A stretch of DNA of 63,770 nt. Source: Octopus bimaculoides. Lineage: Eukaryota. Positions 26,701 to 38,600 of the stretch are shown here, piece after piece. A program made the position numbers and the translations under genes. The notes under the pieces are model-generated. The model was not told where the DNA came from. It saw only the letters and a list, made by a program, of their open reading frames with translations, and did not search any database. Every line of letters starts with the position of its first letter. Positions within the stretch are counted from its first letter, which is position 1. The stretch covers positions 16,363,351-16,427,120 of the forward strand of contig NC_069002.1 of NCBI RefSeq assembly GCF_001194135.2, in the 5' to 3' direction.

Positions 26701-29138
26701 GTGACTAGACTTGTTTTTCATGGCAGATTGGAAATAAAGGACTCTGTTTGCATTATGGTGACACTTGTATATGACTATCATGTGATATCAAGGCAAAGAG
26801 ACAGTAACATACATACACACATACATGATGGTCTTCTTTCTGTCTTCCAAATCCACTTAGAAAGCTTTGATCAGCCTGGGGATATATTAGAAGACACTTG
26901 TTCATGCAGTGTCGATGTAGTGTTCACACTTGTCCAATGGGACTGAACCTAAAACCATGTGGTTGGGAAGCCAAAATTCTTGCTACACAGCCATGCCTGC
27001 ACCAGCAAGTCGTACCTACACCTATCATCATTGTTTAATGTCCTCTTTCCATGGTGGCATGGGTTGGACACTTTGACACAGAGCTGGCTAGCAGGGAGCT
27101 GTCTAAACTCTAATTGTCTGTTGTGGCATGGTTTCTACAGCTGGATGCCCCTCCTAACACCAACCACTAAAACAGAGTGTGCTGGGTGCTGTGCTTTTTA
27201 TGTGCCACTGGCACACGTGCATGAATGCAGCACTGGCATGGGTGCCTTTTTCTAAGTGGCACCAGCACCTGAAAGACAAGTCTGTATGTGTAAAAAACAG
27301 TAGGTGTGGCTGTGTGGTCTGTAGTTGGCTTCCCAACCACATGGTTCTGGGTTCAGTTCCGCTGCATGGCACCTTGAGCAAGTGTCTTCTGCAATAGCCT
27401 TGGGTGGGCAAAGCTTTGGAAGTGAAATTGCTTAATAGAAACTGTGTGGAATTAGCGAGCTGGCAGAAACGTTAGCACGCCGGGTGAATGCTTAGTATTT
27501 CGTCTGCCACTACGTTCTGAGTTCAAATTCTGCCGAGGTCAACTTTGCCTTTCATCCTTTCAGGGTTGATTAAATAAGTACTAGTTACGCACTGGGGTCG
27601 ATATAATCGACTTAATCCATTTGTCTGTCCTTGTTTGTCCCCTCTGTGTGTAGCCCCTTGTGGGCAGTAAGGAAATAAGGAAACTGTGTGGAAGCCCTTT
27701 ATTTGTGTGTGTTGAATATTTACACTTAGTGACTTTGCACAATGCTCTTTGTACTAAACGGTGATATCTGGTTTGCATACTTTGTAAACAGTGTTTTGTG
27801 GTTCTGCACTTTGATGACGAGTGGAATAAAAAAAATATTCCTTGAAAAATTGGTCAGTTTGGTGATATGAAAGGTATCCACCTCAATAAGTCTAACCCAT
27901 GCCAGCATAGAACAACATATGTAAAACAAATGAATTAATGAATATATGCAATGTATTGAAGGGAATTTAGCTGCTATTTCTAGCAGGTAGAGTCACCCAC
28001 ATAAAGGCACACTTGTTGGTTCATCACAAAATGTATGAGAGAGGTCTTTTGAGTCAAATGTAGGTTAGCTTGATTTCTTCTATTTACTCCAACCTCATAT
28101 CTATGGAACAGCGAAAGTGCAGAGAAGTTACTCATGCTTGAAACATTGCCAAAATGTACAAGACCCACTGAACTAACACGCCCACACACATTTAGACAAT
28201 TTTGTTTGTCTTGCCTGTATGTATACATTTGTAGACACACACACACACTATTTTACTCACACACACACTATTTTACCCTCCACACACTATTTTACACACA
28301 CATACACACACACACACACACACAGACATGTGTAAAATAGCATTAACAAGCTCGTTATTTAATTTACATTATACATGTAATTGAGTTTTTACAAATAAAG
28401 CAGGCATCATTATTTTATTTCTATAAAGAAAGAAAGGAGAATGTATTTAATTTGGGTTTAGTTTCACAAAATATTTTTCTTTTTTTTCTATGGCCATTTG
28501 TAAATGAGAAAAAAAACTAATTGTGAGATGAAAAAGCCAGCAAGTCACAACTATGTTTGTTATTGTTTGTCTATATTTGTATAACAGCGCTCCTTTAGTT
28601 GTATTGTAAGAACCGAAGGAGTGTTACTAGAGGATAGCTGAATATCAACCAATAAAAGATGAGCCAATTAGATAAAACCACATACTTCTCATTCCTGGAA
28701 GCCAGATTGTCCTAACTTTATCTTATTTGTTGTTGTCATCTTCAGTTAACACTCTAAACCCAGTTGTTTGAGATTTGTTCTGGATGCCTGAATTGGAGAG
28801 GCTGAAAGAAAGGACTAAAACAGCGCATTTGAGTCTGTTTGACACATGCTCACAGACTAATAGGCGTGTGTGTGTATGTTGAAATGGATGAAGCTGTGGT
28901 CAAGTGGTTATAAAGTTTATTTCAAAATCACGAAGTACCTGGTTCATTCCCACTGTGTGTACTATTATTCTAATATCTTTTACCATGGGGCTCTTACTGA
29001 AATGCTGCTTCTGTTAATTCCATCATGACTGTGTGGTAAGAAGCTTGCTTCCCAGCCACATGGTTTCAGGTTCAGTCCCACTGCGTGACACCTTGGGCAA
29101 GTGGCTGGATTTGGTAGACGGAAACTGAAAAAAGCCTG

Positions 29139-29186
<48 letters not shown>

Positions 29187-31108
29187 ATATATATATATAT
29201 ATGCCACTACATATATATACACACACACACACATACACTGTTGTGGTGGACACCCCCAAGTGAGAAGTGGGCTGTTCCACTACTGATAAATAGTGGACAA
29301 GCACAACAAGCAGTGTCAGTCGGCGAGGTATGATGTTCAGGCCAGTCACGCAGACAATGAAATACATCATCATAATGCAGGGCATTACATATCATATACG
29401 CATGTATATATTTTTATGGGTGTGTCTTTGTGTCTGTGTTTGTCCCCACCACCCATCCCTTGACAACTGATGTTAGTGTGTTTACATCCCCGTAACTTAG
29501 CAGTTCAGCAAAAAAGACCAATAAAACGAGTACTAGGCTTACAAAGAATAAGTCCCGGGGTCAATTTCTTTTACTAAAACCTTTTAAGACAGTACTCTAG
29601 CATGGCCACAGTCGATTGACTGAAACATATAAAGGAAAAGAATAAAAGAAAAGAATCTGTTTAGGCAGAATTTCCATTATCATCATCAGCAGCAACAGCA
29701 ACAAGCTAATGAGGGTTAGGGTTAGGGTTAGGGTTAGTTGACCTGCTAGAAATAGTTGTTTATCTCCCTCAGATAACACCTGACCACTTAGATAATAAAA
29801 ATTTTATCTTGTTACTTCAATCATAATTCAATTCAATCAGGGCTGACCTAGGCCTTAATAGCTACAACAACCTCCACAGCAAAGTGATTTTGTGAGCAAC
29901 AATACAAGTGAGAAGCTTTTACAATGTTCTTGCTGTTCTTGTTGCTGAGTAACCAAGGACAGCTTTAATCTGGCAGATCTATGATATGTGAGTGGCTGAC
30001 CAAATGAATAGGTGTGGCCCACACATCTCCTCTTCTCTCTTCCTCTCCCTTGTCTCTTTTTTCTCATCCACACAAACTGCTCACAAGAGGAGCCTCTGAC
30101 ATCAACTATTGTGAAGTATTTTAGAAGAGGTTTAATACTTAACACACACACACACACACACACACTCTGGTGTCAATGAGAAGGTGAAATTAGATCCCTG
30201 CCTGCTACAGTTGCAACTCTACACAAATACATTAGCTGCATGTTTGGATTGAAGCAGCTTGCTGCTGAGACTTCTGATGAGCAAATATGTAATTTTTAGC
30301 TTCTTACCTCAAATAATGTCAGGTTTCCTGTACGATGCACATGGTTGAGATGTATGGAATCTCTTGATTTTTTTCTCACTATGAACTGCTATGTGGACTC
30401 CCTATTTGCTAGAAATAGCAGCCAAATTCCCCTCAAATTACATTTACCAGCTAAAACAAAAAACAAAAAAAGATTGGACAATGTAGTTCCTGATATATAA
30501 AGATGGGATGGTCACATTCAAAATATTTGCTTGATCTCCTGGAACAATGACAACAATATTATTACTACACCACACAGTATTACACTACACACAGGATAAT
30601 GTTCTATTTGGTGTACTGTAGCTGAATAAAAACTGGGATGGTCATGGCTGGAATGTCTTTGATTATTGGTCTGCATGATGATGATGATGTGTTTGTGTGA
30701 GATGTGCAGATATATGTGAAAATGTAAAACAACATGAAATGTGTAAAAGTTAACGTTTAGCTGTGATATTGTGATATTAAATCTCCTTTGCCCCTGGATA
30801 GATTGTCAGTTTATTTGAGGTGACTTTCCCAGAGATCTACAACCTGTTTCTGATAGCTGGTGTATAGAATAATTGTACTGCCCAAATAATCCTGGATTAT
30901 TTGTTGGTAAGCAAACACCACATCCATTTGGCTCTAATTCTACTGTGTGTGTAGGGGATGGATCTACAAAAGTACATTTTTTTGGTAAAATAGAAGGTAA
31001 AAGGAAGGCAGCCAAAGAGAAGAGCAAGATAGGTGGAAAATATTAGTGAATAACATTCAAGATTCAACAGAACTGCTATTGGAATGGTTTGAAATTGTAT
31101 ATATTGTT

Positions 31109-31162
<54 letters not shown>

Positions 31163-32588
31163 ATCTGAAGTGCAGTTGGTTTCTGATTGCATTGAAAATT
31201 AGGTTCAGTGCTATACAATAGTTTATCCACTCAAAACAAATTCGCACACAGAAACATCTTGGACTCATGGAACATTTGCATGGAATTTACTGAGTTTAGG
31301 AAGCAGTCTTACTCAGTCACCAAAGTGACTTCCACCATATACAGTATCTCACAGAAATATGTACAAGGCGGCAAGTTGGCAGAAACGTTAGCACGCCGGG
31401 CGAAATGCTTAGCGGTATTTCGTCTGCCGTTACGTTCTGAGTTCAAATTCCGCCGAGGTCGACTTTGCCTTTCATCCTTTCGGAGTCGATAAATTAAGTG
31501 TCAGTTGCGCACTGGGGTCGATGTAATCGACTTAATCCCTTTGTCAGTCCTTGTTTGTCCCCCTCAGTGTTTAGCCCCTTGTGGGCAATAAAGAAATAAG
31601 AAATATGTACCCTTCTAAAAAATTTCAGTGAAATTGTCATTACTCTGACAACATCAAAGGAAATGAAACGGAAGTAATACTGAATGAAATATATTATGCA
31701 CACAAAGTTATACTGAATGAAATATATTATGCACACAAATATTATACAAATTTGGAACACCAAACAATAAACATGATTATTCCCAAACTCCTTTCCCTTA
31801 CATAGGTTTTGGCAAAAGAAAGAGGACTTGATTTATGCCTGGTAGTGAGGAGAGGCTTCCTACGAGGAACGCATCCATGAAGACAACACTGGTTCAAACT
31901 TCAGCAAACTGTTTGGGTGGATACACTCTTTCCACTAACAGAAGACACACCTTGGGCCAAAGATGAAGCGGTATGATGCCTGTCATCCATCATGCAACGT
32001 TGGATATGGCGAATATCACACGCAGTTAAAATAGAAAGACAACCTGGAAGATGTTTATTGCTTAGCCGTCCAGTAGCTTTGTACTTCTGAATTACTTTGA
32101 CAACCGTGTTAACTTGTATACTAAACCAGGTATGAACGAAATATTAATTTTCAAAGTTACAAAAATATGTACACCATGAAGGAAATTTGCTATATTCAAT
32201 ATTTTATCCACTTTTTTTTACTAAATTCAGATGTTGCTGATAATTTCAATTCTAATAAATTATTTCTCCTGGCATTTTTGCATTGGTCATTGCTATTGCA
32301 TCTGCAGGAATTCTGATTTGTGTACCGTGGTGAAAATCTTCTTCATTGTGATTAAAGTGGCACCAAAAGGAAAAGAAGTGTCTGAAGATTTGAAGAAAAT
32401 TATTTTTAATTTGTACAAGGAATTATAAGCGCAGGTGTCTGTGTATGGTAAGAAGCGTGCTTCCTTACCACATGGTTCTGGGTTCAGTCCCACTGTGTGG
32501 CACCTTGGACAAGTGTTTTCTAATATAGCCTTGGGCTATATTAGTAAATTTGGAAGACAGGAACTGAAAAAAGCCCATTGTGTGTGTG

Positions 32589-32629
<41 letters not shown>

Positions 32630-35600
32630 ATGTATGTATGTATGTATTTATGTGTGTGTTTCTTTGTGTCTGTGTTTGTTTCCCTATTGTCACTTGACCA
32701 CCGATGTTGGTGTGCTCATGTCCCTGTAACTTGACCGATAGAATAAATACCAAGCTTACAAAGTCCTGGGGTTAATTGCTTCAGCTAAAAGGTGGTGCTC
32801 CAGTATGGCCACAGTCAAATGACTGAAACAAATAAAACAATAAAAGAAAAGAATGGTTTAGTATACAAGTTAACACGGTTGTCAAAGTAATTCAGAAGTA
32901 CAAAGCTACTGGACGGCTAAGCAATAAACATCTTCCAGGTTGTCTTTCTATTTTAACTGCGTGTGATATTCGCCATATCCGACGTTGCATGATGGATGAC
33001 AGGCATCATACCGCTTCATCTTTGGCCCAAGGTGTGTCTTCTGTTAGTGGAAAGAGTGTATCCACCCAAACAGTTTGCTGAAGTTTGAACCAGTGTTGTC
33101 TTCATGGATGCGTTCCTCGTAGGAAGCCTCTCCTCACTACCAGGCATAAATCAAGTCCTCTTTCTTTTGCCAAAACCTATGTAAGGGGAAGGAGTTTTGG
33201 AATAAAATTCTTTTTTCTGATGAGACTAAAATTAATTTGTTTGGGTTAGATGGTATTAAACAAGTATGGTGATGATCAGGTAAAGATAATAGCGACAAAT
33301 GCACTATGCCTTCCATGAAACATGGCGGCAGAAGTGTTATGCTTTGAGTGCGGCTGGTGTGTGAGGATTCACATTTATTGAGAGAACACTGGATTCAAGG
33401 CTTTATTGTGACATATTGCAGAAAACAATATTGAAAAGCATCAAGGAACTAGGAAGACATTCCATGTTCCAACATGATAATGACCTTAAAAACTCTTCAA
33501 AGATGGCGACTAAGTTTTTATCAGATTAAAAGATAAAGATATTACCTTGGTCTACCATGTCATCTGATTTAAACCCAGTAAAACATTTGTGAGGTGTTTT
33601 TGAAAAGGAAGGTTGAGGAGAAAAAAACCCCACAATGCAACACGCTTGAAAGACATCATTCAGGATGAATGGAGGTCGATTCCATCACTTATATTCAGAA
33701 ATTTAGTCGACTCTATGCCCAGAAGACTTAATACAGTCATTGAAAGCAAAAGTGGTCACACCAAATATTGAATATAGCAAATAATTCTTTAGGGTGTACA
33801 TATTTTTGTATGGTTTGAAGATTAATATTTCATTCATATCTTTAAAAATGTTTATTGTTTTGTGTTCCAAATTTGTATAATATTTGCATGTATGATATAT
33901 TTTATTCAGTATAAATTTTGTTTGATTTACTTTGATATCATCAGAGTAATGGCAATTTTACTGAAATTTTTTAGGGGTGTATATACTTCTGTGGGATACT
34001 GTATATTTTCATGTGTGTGGTTTAGTGGTTAGGGTATTCAGCTCACGATCATAAGGTTGTGAGTTTGAAAACTGGTGGCACATTGTGTCTTTGAGCAAGT
34101 CACTTTAGTCTGTGTTGTTCCCATTCATTCAGCTGGCAAAAAATTAATAGTATCTGTAATTCAAAGGGCCAGCCTTGTCAAATTCTGTGTCACACTGAAT
34201 CTCCCTGAGAACTATGTTAAGGGTTTGCATGTCTGTAGAGTGCTCAGCCAACTTGCTTATTAATTTCATGAGCAGGTTGTTCTGTTGATCAGATCAACTG
34301 GAACCCTTGTCGTCGTAACAGACAGTGTTATTTTCATGTGGATGTAGTCTGATGATGATGATGATTTTTGATTTCAAGTTGGCCTTCAACCATTCCCCAT
34401 CTCTTAAAACAAGACTTAATCACATTTTATTGGAAGTTGGTCTGAGTTGACTGTCTAAAAAATCTCGGTGAATTGTGTCTTTGAGATTTATTGACATTTA
34501 AACTAAATCTCCTCTTCAAACCTGATTAGTGTTCTTGAGTCATTTGCTGTAAGAGCTTAATTATATAAATCTTCTGCCACTAATGAAAGAACTCAACTTT
34601 TTTTTCCTATCAAAGCAGCCACTTTATATAAATCTGTAGAAAAGCCAATAAATAGAACCAGTGCCAGACATCTTGCTTTTTTTTTGTTGCTATAGTTACT
34701 GTAACACTCAACAATGAAGCATTATTTTATTCTACCAGGCTCTTCATTCATAAACTTCCAGGGTTTTATTGTTTTTGTTTTGTTTTTTTTATCTCATTAA
34801 ATGGTCGAAGTTTTTTTTTTTCCTGATGTTAGAGAAACAATCCATGTTTTGTTTTATTGACATACAACACTTGTAGAATGTTTTATTCCTTTCTGTTTTG
34901 TATTGCATGTTGTTGCTGCTGCTGCTGCTGCTGCTGTTGTTGTTGTTGTTGTTGTTGTTGGTGGTGGTGGTAGTGGTAGTGGAGGTGGTGGTGATAGTGC
35001 TTCCTTGTTGAGGACGTCACCAAGGTTTCTGAAACTGGGTGTGGGTGACATTTGCTAGAGAGTTAGATTAGCATGGAGAAAGGACTTGCAAGTTCAATTC
35101 CCATCATAAGCTAGTCTTTAAAAGCCCGTGTTTTCATAGTTGAGATAACAAGATGCAGGGAGATGTTAACCTCACAGTCTATTGTGGTCCTCTTTCAGTA
35201 TGTGAGGGCTAATGGTGACCTAGTTATTTCATAGTACTTCAAGTTAAAATGCCAGTACCATGAAGGCCATAAAAATTTTTGGATATGTTTATCATATTTC
35301 TCTGAATTTTTTATTTTATTCTTACCGATTCCTCCTTCTGAAAGTGTTGGTCTGTTTTTGCTTTAGTCTTAAGAACCGTCCAGCTAAGTAAAATTGAGGC
35401 CAAGAAAGCACATCCTTTATAACCATGCCCCTGCATACAATCTGTCCGCAGATAAATCTCCCCCACATCCCCTCTTCCCAACACTTACCTCTTTATCCCA
35501 CTTGCCAACCCACCTGCACACAATATGTCCTCGTCAAATCTCTTCCCAAGCCCCCATCTCTCAAGCTCTCCCTTCCTCTACCTACTCACTCCATTCCCTC

Positions 35601-38600
35601 CCCTTCATCCCCCTTCACTCCTTTTGCAACTTACCCACCCACCCACTTACTCTATCCAATCCATGCTCCACTTCACTATATACATCATATATCTCCCCGG
35701 AACTTGGGCGGATGCCCCCTCTCATCTTCAGCATCTTATCTCTCTCCTCTCTCTTTCTCCATTTTCCTTTTGACTGAGGTACCCCTGTATCTCCTCTGTT
35801 GCAAGACACCTGTTTTTGTCCCTTATTCGTAGTTTAACCTCTCTTCGCCTGGCACAAAGTCACCTTTCTTGATACTCCTTCTCTCTTCAGTTTAAGGGGT
35901 CTTGTCCTGCAAGTTGTTTAATGCCCTTCCTGCTGCTGGTGCTATGTAAAAAGCACCCAACACACTCTGTAAAGTGGTTGGCATTAGAAATGGTATCCAG
36001 CCATAGAAACTATACTAAAGCAGATAGCAGAACTCAACAGTCTTCTGACTTGCCAGCAAAGAAGGGGGGGGGGGGCATAATATGATGAGCGATGATGATG
36101 ATGATTTCCTTGTTTAGTTTAATAATCTCTATAATCTGTAATAATTCAACAATTATCTAAACTACAACATGATATTTGATAGGGTTAACTTCTCCATGTT
36201 AGAATACAGTGTGATGTCTGCATCAGCACCATATCTTGAATTTATGGATTTATGGATCACATCTGGTTTATTTGGTTGACAACTTATCACAGCTAGACTG
36301 ATGCAACACAAGAATTAATACCCTACAGTGTCATTCTAAAAAATAAACAATCACATCAATGAAGTCTCAATGCTACCAGGTAATGCATGATTAATTCAAA
36401 GCCATGTGAATAAATATTACAATTTGACAGTAATGTGAATGCTAAATGGTTGATTGTCGTCAAATGCAGTAGGAGCAACATCCAGTACTCTCTCACAATA
36501 AATGTAGTTTATCACTGAGGTTACCCTTGCTTTAGCAGGTAGACCTATGGGCAAAACCATTCCAGCCATGACACATACTACTTGTTTAGGAAATGTCTAA
36601 AATGCATTATCTAACGTGTTCTCTTTTGTAAGATAAGAGTGTGACTTAGCTGCTATTTCTGACTGGATAGCTGACTATGAAAAGGTTCTTTTTTGGATCA
36701 TTGTGGTTTTTTAATTGACGTGTGCTGCTTGGTGAGCCATACTGAACCCATTAATAATTTCCTTACACAGATTATATTTTATTATCTCTTACAGAAATGT
36801 ATTAACTATTAAGATATAAAGAATTTTTTCAACTCTTGGAAAGACCTCTTCCCTTCCCCATAGATATTAATTAGGTTAATTAAGTTGTATTGTTGGATTT
36901 AGACATGCTCTAAACTACTGCCAATTTCTCCTCCAGTACCATCAATGTTAATTATTGAATCTCTCTCTCTCTCTCTCTGGTTAGGTAACCATGTACCTTC
37001 TCTACAGTAAGACACCTGTTTCTATCTCTCTGTCACACCTTACCCTTTCATCATCTAACACAAGATCACCTCCTCCAATTCCCCCTTCCCTCTCAAAGAT
37101 TCCTTGTCTTGCAAAGTTACCTGGTGACCCTGCCAGTGCTGGTGCCACTTAAAAAGCATCCAGTCCACATTGTAAAGTGGTTGGCATTTGGAAGGGCATC
37201 CAGCTGTAAAACCCATACCAAAACTGACCTCACTTGTGTTAGTGCCATATAAAAAGCACTCAGCCCACTCTGTTGGGTCGTTGGTGTTAGGAAAGGCTTC
37301 CAGCTATAAAAACCATGCCAAAACAGACACAGTAGTATGGAGCAGGCTCTTGCCTGGCCAACTCCTGTCAAACTGTCCAACCCATGCCAGCATGGAAGGG
37401 GGACGTTAAACGATGATGATGAGGAGAACAATATTCAACAGCTGAAATTATTGCTCTATAAAATTAAGAAATATTCTTCATAGCTATTTTAGTTAACATC
37501 ACAGACCAAGCGAGGTCTCATTATCAATGGCAATGCTTTATTTATGTTCCACTTCGTGAAATTTGAGTAACTTTTTTCTTTACTTCCTTACACAATCTGT
37601 TTCTTGTATTTTTAAGCTGTAGGCTTTCACTTCCTTGAGATGCTTTAAATAACCTGTTGTTATTTGAGCTGTGTGGAACTTCCAGAAATAAATTCTTCCT
37701 TTATTTTGTTTTCTTTTTTTTTGTTTTTTGTTTTTTTGTTTTTCTTGTGTAATCACTATACAGTTCTATACTAAAGCATTGGTTGTTGGTCTTATTTGTA
37801 AACTTATAACATGTTATATTCTATCCTTGGATATATCAGCCCATTACAACTGCTATTTCTTCTTGATAAACTAACACCCATTCCTCTTCACAATGTTGGA
37901 TGGTGTAGGCGTTACCATAACCAATTAGATAGGTCCAAAGTATGGCTATTGCTGCTTGAAAACTAATTTCCTATCTGCATACAAGAAAGAGCTTCTATTC
38001 TAAGATTCTTGTAATAGATTCAATATTATTTGGCAGATGAAAACATATTGGATTAAATATCGTAGTCTGTAAAAATACATTCTTGTAAATTTAGATCTAA
38101 TTGAAGCCATCACATAGCAACAGTTCCATTGAGTCGGTTGAAATAATTTGGTGTAGAACCACCAGCCAAATAAACTGGTGGTTCAAATATTGTTTTGTGG
38201 TCTACTATTTCATGCCTCAATCCATCTGGCTGTAAATAGGTACCATCTCACTGCTGCACTTACAGAAGTACTGTGTAATTGATTAGTGTCTTATTCTTCT
38301 TATTTTTTTTCAAAGTCCTAGTGAGAGAGGAAGGTCAGCTTCTGTGATTTAGAAGGGAGGGGGGCAATCCTCATTACCTAAAAGAAGGGTAATTCTCCCC
38401 ACCCCTGCCAACTCATGGGTTGTTGTTCTAGAAGGAAGCAGTATAATAAGGAAATTAGTTTATTTTAGAGTAGATTTTTTTAACAACTTCAATCATGGAT
38501 AAAAAAGTAAAACTATTTTTTAATTTTTATTTTTCATTTATACAAAAATACAGTTAAATAACACATACTGAGTCAATTTTTAAAGAATTCAATATTCAAT

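Larger units (their letters stand above)
31342..34001 (+). mobile_element. Decayed Tc1 (Sleeping Beauty-like, IR/DR) DNA transposon with two nested SINEs and an internal inverted duplication
   Basis: TA|CAGTATCTCACAGAA...TTCTGTGGGATACTG|TA ends with ~230-bp TIRs and inner repeats (aaaaatatgtacacc). Transposase relics: [64 protein letters not shown]. Confidence 0.92.

Noticed and set aside
35394-35832. Pro/Ser/Leu-rich ORFs
   Set aside because: Pyrimidine-rich low-complexity repeat sequence adjoining an RTE-tail element
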